Shown here: positions 30,288 to 40,026 of the stretch, in pieces | Layout of the letters: every line of letters starts with the position of its first letter | How positions within the stretch are numbered: the stretch's first letter is position 1 | From: Acidimicrobiia bacterium | GTDB lineage: Bacteria; Actinomycetota; Acidimicrobiia; Spongiisociales; ZC4RG35 | NCBI GenBank assembly: GCA_965215185.1 | Contig: OZ244034.1 | Coordinates: 2,880,001 to 2,944,000 of the forward strand | Length of the DNA: 64,000 bases | Reading direction: 5' to 3' | Program-made: the position numbers and the translations under genes | Notes under the pieces: generated by a model | Told to the model about the DNA's origin: nothing | Database searches by the model: none | Seen by the model: the letters and a program-made list of their open reading frames with translations, nothing else

Positions 30288-31721
30288 TTGCCTGTGAAGT
30301 TGGTGATGCTGGGAGCGGGAAACGTGGCTCGGAATGTCTTAGGACGATTGGGCGACAGGTGGGAGGTCACGCTCATCGATCCTCTGGATTCGGCCTTGGA
30401 GTTGGCTCACCAGGTACGGGAGGTTGAAACCGTTCTGGGAGACGGGTCGAGTCGACTGGTGCTACGCCGGGCCGGGCTGGAAGAGGCCGAGGCCCTGGTG
30501 GTCACCAGCCGCGATGACGATATCAATCTTGAGGCGTGCCGATATGCCCAGGAACTGGGGGTTCCCCGGATCATCGCGGTATCGGGAGGATCAGAACAGC
30601 TTTCGTCCTATCGGGAACTGGGTGTGAAGGCGGTGTGGGCAGACAACCTGACGGCTCGGCATGTCGAGATCAACCTGGACGGTCGCCGGACACAGTCGGC
30701 GGCATTTGCCAGTGGTCTGGCGGAAGCGATGGAATTCCGCATTTCCCACGACTCTCCTCTTCGGGGGGTCAAAGTCCGGTCGTTGGGCCTGCGCACCTGG
30801 CTGGTAGCGACCGTTCTCCGAGAACAACGTCTGATCATTCCCCACGGCAACACCGTGCTGGAAGAGGGCGATTTGGTGACAGTGGTGGGCGCCAACGAGG
30901 ACTATGCCGACATGGTGGAGACCTTCACCGCCGGTCACGCTCGGTTTCCGCTGGACTACGGGCTTTCGGTGGCAGTGTCGCTCACCGCCGCTCCTTCCGA
31001 CGACGCCGTGCTGGCCGAGGCGGTCCACTTCGTGAAGTTCACCGCCGCTGATTCCATCCTGGCTGTGCATCCCCCATTGGACCGGATGGAACCGGAGGAC
31101 GCCGAGTCTCTGCACCACAAGATGGACCTTTGGCGGGCACGTCACGAACACACTGAGATAACTTTCATGGCTGCTCCCGGCGCTGGCCTCGAGGGACCCT
31201 TTGACTTGGCGTCCTCGGAGTCGGCGGGGGTGGTGGTCTTCCCACGGCCGCGGGGGCGGCGCAAAGTCATGAAGCTGGTGGAGATGAGCCGCCGGAGAGG
31301 AGTTCCATTGCTGATCGCCTCGGGGCGTTTTCCATACTCGGGTCCCATGGTGCTATTCAGCGGCGATGAGGAAGAAGAACGGTTGGGCGCCAGGGAAGCG
31401 ATTGACATGGCCGCCCACTCGGGTACGGTCCTGCAGACGGTGGGGGTGCTTCCTCCCCAGTTCCTGCCCGGCGAGAAAACCCTTCACGACATCCGGAGCC
31501 AGATCAGTCGGGTCAGGGAGGAAGCTTCCGTACATGGCGTCACCATCCGCCGCCGTATACAGCGGGGCAATCCGGTGAGGGTGGCGGATGAACTCTCTTC
31601 GGATTCGCTGGTGGTGATGGGGATTGGAGGCCATCCATACAGCTACCTTCGTCCGGGGATAGCAGGCCTGATGGCCGCCAGCGTGGATTGCTCGGTGATC
31701 CTGGTGCCCTCCCGAGGCTGA
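30288..31721 (+). CDS. TrkA/RCK-N + RCK-C protein fused to universal-stress-protein-like domains
   Basis: GAGNVA Rossmann, GDGS..L..AG, IIPHGNTVLEEGDLV; C-terminal GNPV..LVVMG..CSVILVP. Confidence 0.8.
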   Translation: MPVKLVMLGAGNVARNVLGRLGDRWEVTLIDPLDSALELAHQVREVETVLGDGSSRLVLRRAGLEEAEALVVTSRDDDINLEACRYAQELGVPRIIAVSGGSEQLSSYRELGVKAVWADNLTARHVEINLDGRRTQSAAFASGLAEAMEFRISHDSPLRGVKVRSLGLRTWLVATVLREQRLIIPHGNTVLEEGDLVTVVGANEDYADMVETFTAGHARFPLDYGLSVAVSLTAAPSDDAVLAEAVHFVKFTAADSILAVHPPLDRMEPEDAESLHHKMDLWRARHEHTEITFMAAPGAGLEGPFDLASSESAGVVVFPRPRGRRKVMKLVEMSRRRGVPLLIASGRFPYSGPMVLFSGDEEEERLGAREAIDMAAHSGTVLQTVGVLPPQFLPGEKTLHDIRSQISRVREEASVHGVTIRRRIQRGNPVRVADELSSDSLVVMGIGGHPYSYLRPGIAGLMAASVDCSVILVPSRG

Positions 31722-31727
31722 CCGGCA

Positions 31728-32905
31728 GTGGAGTCGACCGATGCAACCACCCTGATCCTGGTGGGATTGGCAGCTCTGGGCCTCCCCCTGGTGGCTCGAC
31801 GTATCCGTCTGCCGCCGGTGGTGTTGGAAATCCTATTCGGGGTGCTGGTGGGCCCGGTGTTGAGGATCGTTTCCTCTTCGACTCTCCTTGAATCGCTGGC
31901 CCAGTTGGGTTTCTTGATGTTGATGCTTCTGACTGGTTTTGAGATCAACATCGGGTTCTTCCAGCGTCAGGGAGCAGGACCCATTCTGGTATCACTCTTG
32001 GGTTTTGCCGCCACCCTCACCGCCTCCTGGTTCGCCAGCCGGATTTTGGGAACCGACCCGTTCATGGTGATGGTGCTGGCCACCACCTCAGTGGGTTTGG
32101 TGGTGCCCAGTCTGCGCTCCGCAGGGGTGGCTTCTCACCCCATTGGCCAGGACATCCTTCTGGGAGCGCTGCTCGCCGACTTTCTGACGCTGTTGGGAGT
32201 GACGGTTATAGCCCTGCTGGTGGAAGGGGATGCCGGATGGCGTTTGTTGGGCATACCCGGTTTTTCCTGATCGCGGTGGCGGTGTTGCTGGGCGTCAGGC
32301 GAGCGGCATGGTGGCACCCGGATCGATTCAACGCGCTCTTCGCAGCCGAGGACACCGAAGAGATGGGCATCCGCGCCACTTTGGCTTTGTTGTTCGTTTT
32401 CGTGGGCGTGGCCAGTCTCCTGGGAATTGAGGCGGTGCTGGCAGCATTCCTTTCTGGGGGAATCATTGCTGTGGTCTTCCGGGAACGGGGTGCGCTTGAT
32501 CGAAAGCTGTCAGGGTTCTCCTATGGATTCTTGATTCCCATTTTCTTCATTGATGTCGGAATCCGCTTCGATTTGACGGCTGTCACCAATGTGGAGGCCT
32601 TGGTGTTCACGGGCAAACTGTTAATTGCGGCCTTCGCGGTCAAGACCGCCTCGGCGGTGGTGCTGATTCTGAGGGGACATCGCCTGCGATCAATCGCCGC
32701 CGCGGCGGCCCTGTTATCCGCTCGTCTCTCCTTGATCATCGTGGTGGCCGAGATCGGGCGGCATCTGGGTCTTCTCTCCAGTACCCAAGAGGGAAGCATC
32801 ATCCTGCTGGCCATCGTCACCACTACCGTGGCGCCCACCCTGTTTCGATGGTTGATCCCCGTACCGGCCGGAGGGGAGTCCGAAGAGGTTGCATCGGAGG
32901 GATAG
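31728..32905 (+). pseudogene. Cation:proton antiporter (CPA2-like), split by one frameshift at a T5 run (~32261); may be a sequencing error
   Basis: ORFs 31728-32270 and 32237-32905 join into one membrane protein (LATTSVG..., GIEAVLAAFLSG, FLIPIFF) if one base is added in GGTTTTTCC. Confidence 0.8.
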
Positions 32906-33151
32906 GCAACCAGACCTATCTGCTGTTAGAGGTGGGGGTGCAATCTGGGGAGGCTGCCACCACCGCAACTACCCCCGACCTGGTAACGGGCATATAGTCT
33001 GCCCGGACCACGGTGAGGATCTCACTTTCGCAAAGCATGATGGCAAGGCTCCCGGGAATCTCCACTAACCATCACCAGCCGCCAGCCATCATCTTTGAAT
33101 GGTTGCTGAACCGACCGTGGCGGGGGTGGTTGTCCGGCCGGGATGGGGAGG

Positions 33152-34345
33152 TCAGGTGCCGGGGCCGTATAGGCCGTATTGGAGGCGGGGGTCGCCGGGG
33201 ATGGCGTCGAAGCGGGTTTGATAGGCTTCTCCGATCCACCGTGACCGGGCGGTCAGGTTGCGTCCCACCTCCAAGCGGCCGGGCTCCCATCTGCGCAACG
33301 CCGCCTTTACATCCCCCCGCTCCGCGGCCAAGGCATCGCGGAGGGTAAAGGCGTCGTCACAGGCTTTGGCGGTGCCCGCCGCGGCATGCGGCCGCACGGC
33401 AAACGCCGCGTCACCTATCACACATACCCGCCCCTGGGCCATCTGATGAGAAGCAACATCGAATATGACCTGAATGAACAGATCATTGGCGCCTATCGCC
33501 ACTTCTGCCACCGCCGGCGCCATGTAATCTCGGCCCTCGTTCCGCACCTGGGACAACAGATCGGAACGGACCAAGCCCGGGGGAACCGAGGCAGACCGCC
33601 TCACGCCCTCCCGGTCGGTCAACAAGCTGTCAAGGGGTGAACCCTCGGGACAGTTGTAATACCAGACCAGGTTCATCAGCCGCTCACCGGGCGTGAGACT
33701 CCCGGACTGACTGGGTATGGCGTAGGCCAAGGCGTGACCCGACGGCATCAGACAGTAGACCATGGAGTTTTCCAGTTCCTCGGCAGCTGTGGGGCTGAGT
33801 TCCCACTCAGGTAGCGTTCCCCGCCAAGCGACGTAACCGGCGTAGGAAGGAGCCACGGTCGGATTCAGGATCGATCTTGCCAGGGAGTTGATGCCGTCCG
33901 CTGCCACCAGCAGATCGGCTCGGGTTTCTTCTCCGTCGGCGAACCTCACCCGAACGCCATCCTCAGATTGGGTGAATCCCGTCACCTCTTTGCGCAGGTG
34001 GTACCTGTCCACCCCGAAGTCCGACAGCAGACCCCGATAGATCGTGTTCCAGGAACTGATCAGAAACCCCAGAGGTTTCTTGGACAGCACCCGACCGTCG
34101 CGGTCGATGAAGGTCCACCAGTGGGGCCGGATCGAGACCTCTTCGGTTCGCAGCGGGCTGTGCTCGTCGAAGTAGCGATGGGTATGGGGGAGCAGGATGA
34201 TTCCGGCGCCCCGGTCCTGCAGCGCTTCGGAGGAGCGCTCGTAGATATCTACCTCGCACCCCAGGCCACGCAGAAGCAGACCGGCGGTTAGCCCGCCGAT
34301 CGATCCCCCCATGACCGCCACCCTTGGCCAGGGGCTATGGCTCAA
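33152..34345 (-). CDS. FAD-dependent monooxygenase, 2,6-dihydroxypyridine 3-hydroxylase-like
   Basis: GGSIGG, DRGAGI, ADGINS, YAGYVAWRG, NLVWY, IGDAAFAVRPHAAAGTAKA. Confidence 0.8.
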   Translation of the reverse strand: MSHSPWPRVAVMGGSIGGLTAGLLLRGLGCEVDIYERSSEALQDRGAGIILLPHTHRYFDEHSPLRTEEVSIRPHWWTFIDRDGRVLSKKPLGFLISSWNTIYRGLLSDFGVDRYHLRKEVTGFTQSEDGVRVRFADGEETRADLLVAADGINSLARSILNPTVAPSYAGYVAWRGTLPEWELSPTAAEELENSMVYCLMPSGHALAYAIPSQSGSLTPGERLMNLVWYYNCPEGSPLDSLLTDREGVRRSASVPPGLVRSDLLSQVRNEGRDYMAPAVAEVAIGANDLFIQVIFDVASHQMAQGRVCVIGDAAFAVRPHAAAGTAKACDDAFTLRDALAAERGDVKAALRRWEPGRLEVGRNLTARSRWIGEAYQTRFDAIPGDPRLQYGLYGPGT

Positions 34346-34346
34346 A

Positions 34347-34877
34347 TCAAGCAGGTTTCCCGAAGGTGGCGATCCGATCCACCTTGCAAATGAACAACAC
34401 TCGTCGTTCGTTTATGGACGGATCACGCAGACCGTAGGGGGGTTCGGCGCCTGTGTACTTGGTCCAGATCTTGTCGACATGGGCGGTCACCATCGCACCC
34501 TCGTCCGGGTCATCCTCGGACACCTCCCGCTCCACGGTGCACTTCATGCTCATCCAGTGATAGGGATTGGCCGGATTCATCAATAGCACGGTGATCTGAG
34601 GGTTGGCTCTGATCCAGGAGGTCTTTTTGCGGTGGGAGGCAACGTTGACCAGCACCCGGTTGGCGTCTCCGTCATAGTCGAACCACATGGCTGACAGGTT
34701 GGGACGTCCGTCTCCACCCATCACCGCCATCACGGCTGTTACCTGTCCGTCCATCAGTTGGCGATAGTCAGGATCGACGTCGCTCAGTCCGGCGATCTGG
34801 ATCCGGTCGCCTACCGAAAACTGGTTGGCCTGGAGTCCGTTGGCGACATCTAGGAACCTGGCGACAGTAATAGACAT
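34347..34877 (-). CDS. PPOX-class (pyridoxamine 5'-phosphate oxidase-like, possibly F420-binding) protein
   Basis: DGRPNLSAMWF, RKKTSWIRANPQITVLL.NP.NPY. Confidence 0.75.
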   Translation of the reverse strand: MSITVARFLDVANGLQANQFSVGDRIQIAGLSDVDPDYRQLMDGQVTAVMAVMGGDGRPNLSAMWFDYDGDANRVLVNVASHRKKTSWIRANPQITVLLMNPANPYHWMSMKCTVEREVSEDDPDEGAMVTAHVDKIWTKYTGAEPPYGLRDPSINERRVLFICKVDRIATFGKPA

Positions 34878-34916
34878 TTGGAAAGCTCCTCTCTATCTCT
34901 TAGGGGTGAGATTACC

Positions 34917-36485
34917 TTAGCCGCGAGCGGTTTTGATCACCGCCTGGTAGGCCGTTGGATCAATCCGGGCGTCGATCAGGCGGGGCCGTGGCCCCGCCAT
35001 AGCCGCCCGTAATTGGGACTGGTTTTCCACTATAACCCCTTCTACTCCCGAGGCGCGGGCGACCGCCGCGAAGTCGGTGGTGTGGAAGCGGACGGCCGAA
35101 GGTCCTCCCTGACCGGGGAGTTGCTTCAGTTCGATCAAGCTCAAGGCGGCGTCGTTTAAAACCACCACCACCACATTGGCTCGGGTGCGGGCAAGGGTTT
35201 CCAACTCCGCCAGGGGGATCCCCAATCCTCCGTCGCCGGTCAGGCACACCGCCGGGCGCCCGGGATGGGCTAGGGCGGCGCCCAACGCGGCGGGGAGGGC
35301 GTATCCCATGGTGGAGAGGCCGTTGGAGATCAGGACTTGGCGGGGGTGGGTAGCTGGCAAGAAGGGCATTGCCACCAGAAAGTGGGCGCCTGCATCCAGG
35401 GTCACAGTGGCGCCGCCCTGCTTGGCGGTCCATTCTGCCACCGCCCGAACCGTCTGGTGAGGGGTGAAGCCCGGTCCGTCCTCCCACAATGATCTGCGCG
35501 CCGCCTGCCAAACTGCCTGACCTGCTCCCTTTTCCCACCGATTGTCGATCAGATCGGGGGTGATGGACTTGAGGATCGGGCCAACCGGGCCTTCGACATG
35601 GGCCCCGCCTGGGAAGAAACGGTGTTTATGGAGCCAAGGGTTGATTTCAATGACCGGTGCCTCGTATTGGAATGGACGGGGGAGTGGTTCCACCGGATCG
35701 ACTCCCACGGCCAGCACCAGGTCACTTCGCCGTAGAAGAGGCGCCTCGGGAAGGGAGCTGGTGAAAAGCCCGCCGAACTCCGGGGTGGTCTCGTCGATCA
35801 GACCCTTGGCGTGATAAGTGGTAAGAGCCGGGCAGCCGGTCTCGGTCACCAACTGTCTCACCTCTTGGGTCCAGGGAAGAGCGCCGGTACCCACGATCAG
35901 TATCGGATACTGCGCCCTGCGGGCCAACTCCTGTACGGCTTGGGGAATGGTGTGTTCCAAGGGGAGGGGAGGCGGATCGGGAGGCACCTCGCCCGGTACG
36001 GCACTGTCCATGTCCATGTGGACTGCACCCTGAGGGTGGGCCGTGGCCAGCCGGACCGCACTTTTCGATGCCCGAGCGGTATGGGTATGACCGACCGTGC
36101 CGCTCCATTTAGTCAGCGGTCTCATCAAGGCGGGTTGGTCGAGTTCCTGATGACCTACCCAGGAGCGGTCGGGCCCGGGAACGGTGTCACCGATCAACAC
36201 CAGGGGCTGTTTGTCGACCGTGGCCTGGGCCACCCCATTGGCGGCGGAGGCCACCCCCGGGCCCCGGGTAACCAGTGCCGCTCCCACTGAATCGGTCAAG
36301 AGTCCATAGGTGGAAGCAGCGATACAGGCGGCAGTCTCGGTGTGGCAGAGCAGGAAAGGGATGCCCTGTTCGGCGGCGGCGCCCACCTTTTGCAGGTTGG
36401 GGCCCCCGCCCGGCACTCCGAACAGAAGTCGCGTTCCCCCCGCCCTAAGCCCGGTAATCAACCGGCGGGCTACCTCTGTGGTCAT
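34917..36485 (-). CDS. Thiamine-diphosphate-binding protein (acetolactate synthase-like superfamily)
   Basis: FGVPGG, HTE..A, TRGPG, SNGLSTMGYALPAALG, TGDGG..LND. Confidence 0.88.
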   Translation of the reverse strand: MTTEVARRLITGLRAGGTRLLFGVPGGGPNLQKVGAAAEQGIPFLLCHTETAACIAASTYGLLTDSVGAALVTRGPGVASAANGVAQATVDKQPLVLIGDTVPGPDRSWVGHQELDQPALMRPLTKWSGTVGHTHTARASKSAVRLATAHPQGAVHMDMDSAVPGEVPPDPPPLPLEHTIPQAVQELARRAQYPILIVGTGALPWTQEVRQLVTETGCPALTTYHAKGLIDETTPEFGGLFTSSLPEAPLLRRSDLVLAVGVDPVEPLPRPFQYEAPVIEINPWLHKHRFFPGGAHVEGPVGPILKSITPDLIDNRWEKGAGQAVWQAARRSLWEDGPGFTPHQTVRAVAEWTAKQGGATVTLDAGAHFLVAMPFLPATHPRQVLISNGLSTMGYALPAALGAALAHPGRPAVCLTGDGGLGIPLAELETLARTRANVVVVVLNDAALSLIELKQLPGQGGPSAVRFHTTDFAAVARASGVEGVIVENQSQLRAAMAGPRPRLIDARIDPTAYQAVIKTARG

Positions 36486-36488
36486 AGG

Positions 36489-36860
36489 TCAGTCGTACAG
36501 CTCTACGGTGATGAAGCGTATTTCGCTATCACCGGCGTTTTCGAAATCGTGGATAACCGAGTCGGCGGGGGTGTGCGTTTGGAAGCTGGTGTCGCCCTCC
36601 TTGTAGCGGCGAATGTGATATACGCCGTCGGCGGTGCGTTGCTTGCCGATTCCACCTTGGACAACCGTCCAGAAATAGTGACGGTCGTGAAGGTGAAACC
36701 CGCCTCTCTCTCCGGGCCGGAGGCGAACCTCCCACACTCCCACCTCGTCATTTTGGAAGAGCAGGCGGGTGCCGATGTGGCGGTTGCCGTCCTGCGCTGA
36801 TGCCAATTCCTCGGAAAAGTCCCCGGTGCTGTATTGGCCTTTTTCGATTATCTCCACCAT
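36489..36860 (-). CDS. Cupin-domain protein
   Basis: LLFQNDEVGVWEVRLRPGE..FHLH..YFW, IHDFENAG..RFITVEL. Confidence 0.8.
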   Translation of the reverse strand: MVEIIEKGQYSTGDFSEELASAQDGNRHIGTRLLFQNDEVGVWEVRLRPGERGGFHLHDRHYFWTVVQGGIGKQRTADGVYHIRRYKEGDTSFQTHTPADSVIHDFENAGDSEIRFITVELYD

Positions 36861-36987
36861 GGCGAACAAGGCTAGTTGAGGCGCCATGAAACTAGGAAAC
36901 CACCGCCTAAAACGGCGAGGTACGTTGTTCAGGCCCCCAGGGCTGTCGGCGCCCAAATCGAACATGCATGTGTTCTACTGCTTGTCA

Positions 36988-38613
36988 TCATGATCTGATC
37001 AGTCGCCGGGCGATGACCTTCAGGGCCAGCACCTCTTCGGCGCCTTCGAAGATGGAAAGCACTCGGGCATCGACGAAGAACCGCGAAACCGGGTACTCCT
37101 CGGCGTAACCGTAGCCACCGAAGATCTGCATGCAATCCCGGGTGATTTCTTCCGCCGACCGACACGCCAAGGCCTTGACCATGGAAGCCTCGGTTTGGCC
37201 GCGCGGCTCGTCCAGATAGTGGGCTACCTGGTAGGCGAAAGCCCGGTGGGCGGCCATCCGGGCCGCCATTTGCGCCAGGCGCTCTCGGGTGAGGGGGTAT
37301 TGGTCGAGCCTCTTTCCGAACACCTTCCGGCCTGCTGCGTAGCGCCGCGCCTCCTCAAACGCCGCCTCCATCAATCCCAGCGCCCGTCCGGCGGTCTGGA
37401 GTCTCCCGGTCGAGAAAGCCTGCATCTGCAAATGAAAACCCCTTCCCATGCCCTCCTCTTCACCGATCAGAGCAGAGTAGGGAACCACCCAGTTTTCGAA
37501 CAGAAGCTCGAAGCTGTGCATTCCCCGGTAGCCGATAGTGGGGATGGCCCGGCCTGACAGCCTTCCTCCTCCGGGCTGGGTGAGGGTGAAGGAGTGGCCG
37601 GTCTGGGGAGGCTTTTCCATCACGAACAGGGAGAGCCCGCGATGACCGCGGTCTGGGTCCGGGTGCGTGCGCACCAGCACCATTAGCAGTTCGGCTCGCC
37701 CGGCGAAGGTTGACCACATCTTGGCGCCGTTGATAACCCAGGTGTCCCCGTCCCTTCGGGCATTAGTGGTCACCGAAGCCACATCGGAACCGTAGTCAGG
37801 CTCGGTGACGCAGATGGCCACCATCTTTTTACCCGAGGCGATGTCGGGTAGCCAACGTTCCTTTTGTGCCTCAGTGCCGCCTCTGGTGAGTGCCCGTGCC
37901 AACATCTCGGGGCGGGTGATGAGCGATCCTCCTATCGCCAGGGACGCCCGGCTCAACTCCTCGGTGGCCACCACCATCGCCAGGTGGGAGGGTTGGTCCT
38001 GGTCGAGAGAACCGCCGTAGTGCGTCGGGATGGACAGGCCGAAGACCCCCAATGCAGCCAACCCTGAAATCACCTCCTCGGGAACGTCGAGGTTCCGACG
38101 ATGCACCTCTTCGGCACGGGGGGCGATGACTTCTTGGCCGAAGCGTCGGAACTCGCGGCGGGCCAAGAGCAGTTCGGGACCAAGGCCCGGATCGGTGGGC
38201 TGTTCGATTTCGGCCAAGGTCGGATCGGAAAGGCTGCCGGCGGCGGTGATCACTTCCCGCACCTCGGGTGACCCCAACCATCGCCGGGAAATCCCTTCCA
38301 ACTCGGCGAAGCGATCAATTCGCTCTAGTCCCGACCGGGCCAGAAGCGAAGCGGCCAGTGTTCCTGTGGCCGTTCCCATCCTCTCTTCGGAAACCGCCCT
38401 CTCCACCGCTCTTAACTCCGCCGATTCCGAAGCTAGGAAGGCGACCTGGTAGCCAAGGCTCTGGCATCCGTCGAGACCTTGGGAATGGCCGGCGGAGACC
38501 TCTCCCAATACGCACACAGCCGCGGCTACCGTGTTCTCCAGGGCGTGGGCGGCGGCGGATATCCCGGGGATGGTCTTTTCCTTCAAATCAGGATAAAAAT
38601 CGTAGGATGACAT
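36988..38613 (-). CDS. Acyl-CoA dehydrogenase, (2S)-methylsuccinyl-CoA dehydrogenase-like
   Basis: 541 aa with N-terminal extension; EELSR..GGSLITRPE, TEPDYGSD, IPTIGYRGM, GRLQTAGRA, FVDARVLSIFEGAEE. Confidence 0.75.
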   Translation of the reverse strand: MSSYDFYPDLKEKTIPGISAAAHALENTVAAAVCVLGEVSAGHSQGLDGCQSLGYQVAFLASESAELRAVERAVSEERMGTATGTLAASLLARSGLERIDRFAELEGISRRWLGSPEVREVITAAGSLSDPTLAEIEQPTDPGLGPELLLARREFRRFGQEVIAPRAEEVHRRNLDVPEEVISGLAALGVFGLSIPTHYGGSLDQDQPSHLAMVVATEELSRASLAIGGSLITRPEMLARALTRGGTEAQKERWLPDIASGKKMVAICVTEPDYGSDVASVTTNARRDGDTWVINGAKMWSTFAGRAELLMVLVRTHPDPDRGHRGLSLFVMEKPPQTGHSFTLTQPGGGRLSGRAIPTIGYRGMHSFELLFENWVVPYSALIGEEEGMGRGFHLQMQAFSTGRLQTAGRALGLMEAAFEEARRYAAGRKVFGKRLDQYPLTRERLAQMAARMAAHRAFAYQVAHYLDEPRGQTEASMVKALACRSAEEITRDCMQIFGGYGYAEEYPVSRFFVDARVLSIFEGAEEVLALKVIARRLIRS

Positions 38614-38615
38614 AT

Positions 38616-39890
38616 ATGGGATCCAAAAACACAGATCCGGATCGGACGGTTGGAATTCTGGAAGGAATGCGGGTGGTGGAGCTTTCCGCCTTCGTGGCGG
38701 TTCCCCTCGGGGGGCTCACTCTCAGGTCGTTGGGTGCCGACGTTATCCGAGTTGATCCGCCGGGGGGCGGGCTGGACTATGGGCGCTGGCCGGTGACGAC
38801 CGAAGGTCGGAGTCTCTACTGGGCGGGTCTCAATGCCGGAAAACGTTCGGTTACCCTTGATTTGCGTTCCGAAGAGGGAAGAGCGGCATTGGTGGGGTTG
38901 ATTACTGCTCCTGGGCCCGACGCAGGGATCTTTATTACCAATCTTTCCCCCCGTTGGCTGTCCTATGAGCGGCTGGCCGAAATCCGACCCGACTTGATTA
39001 TGGTGACGCTTCGGGGAAACCCTGATGGTTCGGTGGCGTTGGATTACACGGTGAACGCGGCGATTGGGTATCCGGAGGTCACCGGCCCTCCGGACGCCGG
39101 TCCGGTCAACCACGTTCTGCCCGCCTGGGATGTGATTGCCGGGAACATGGTTGCTACCGCGGTGCTGGCTGCTGAACGTCACCGTCTTCGAACCGGGGAG
39201 GGCCAACTGGTGCGACTGTCCTTGACGGATGTGGCGTTGGCTACGGTTTCCGCCCTGGGGCATATCGGGGAAGTGATGGTCAACGACCAAGACCGGATGG
39301 CACATGGCAACTATGTGTTCGGGGCCTACGGACGCGACTTTCCTACCGGCGATGGCAGAAGGCTGATGGTGGTCGTCATCACCGACCGGCAGTGGCTTGA
39401 CTTGGTGGAGGCCACCGGCTCAAAAGAGGCAGTGGAGGAAATAGAGCGCCGGACAGGTCTCGACCTGGGAAAAGAGGGTGATCGATTCCGGGCGCGAGAG
39501 GAGATTACCGCCATATTGGAGGTTTGGTTTGCCTCCCGCACCCTCGCCGAAGCGGGGGAAATCCTGGCACGTCGTCGACTGTGTTGGGGGCCTTTTCAAA
39601 CCTTCCGCCAACTGGTCACCGAAGATCCCAGGTGTTCTTTGGCGAATCCCCTTTTTGGGGAGGTCAGCCACACGGGCGTGGGTGACTACCTTGCCGCTTC
39701 CCATCCCCTTCAATTCGGAGAGGGGAGACCCCCACCCCTGCCCGCGCCCCTGATGGGTCAGCACACCGAAGAGGTACTATCGCAGATCCTGGGAGAAGCC
39801 AGCGTCACGGGAAGCCGATTGGTAGCCCCCCCACCTGACGCTTCTCCTGCCCCTTTCGTAACGCCAGGTGATGCTCGGACTTTCCTATGA
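38616..39890 (+). CDS. mct: Mesaconyl-CoA C1-C4 CoA transferase (2-methylfumaryl-CoA isomerase), family III
   Basis: SAFVAVPLGG, GGGLDYGRWP, SLYWAGLN, DYTVN, VNHVLPAWD, AERHRLRTGEGQ, GNYVFGAYGRDF, EGDRFRAR; as I recall the Chloroflexus Mct, these match over the whole length. Start 38607 or 38616. Confidence 0.85.
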   Translation: MGSKNTDPDRTVGILEGMRVVELSAFVAVPLGGLTLRSLGADVIRVDPPGGGLDYGRWPVTTEGRSLYWAGLNAGKRSVTLDLRSEEGRAALVGLITAPGPDAGIFITNLSPRWLSYERLAEIRPDLIMVTLRGNPDGSVALDYTVNAAIGYPEVTGPPDAGPVNHVLPAWDVIAGNMVATAVLAAERHRLRTGEGQLVRLSLTDVALATVSALGHIGEVMVNDQDRMAHGNYVFGAYGRDFPTGDGRRLMVVVITDRQWLDLVEATGSKEAVEEIERRTGLDLGKEGDRFRAREEITAILEVWFASRTLAEAGEILARRRLCWGPFQTFRQLVTEDPRCSLANPLFGEVSHTGVGDYLAASHPLQFGEGRPPPLPAPLMGQHTEEVLSQILGEASVTGSRLVAPPPDASPAPFVTPGDARTFL

Positions 39891-40026
39891 CGCCGACTCG
39901 AATCACACCATAATTGAACTCTTGGCGCCCTTTAACCGGTTTGCCCGGTGAACCTTCGCGATTCACAGGCTTTTTGCCCAGCCTGGATGAGATGAACCGT
40001 TTCGGTCTTGTTACGGAGACATCGAA

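Noticed and set aside
36958-36977. LexA SOS box
   Set aside because: The actinobacterial box needs GAAC-N4-GTTC; the spacer here is 8 nt.
39891-40026. ZMP/ZTP riboswitch expected upstream of purH
   Set aside because: Only a weak GCCCAGCCTGG resemblance; the conserved GACUGGCG...GGGAG core and CGCCUGGG end are absent.
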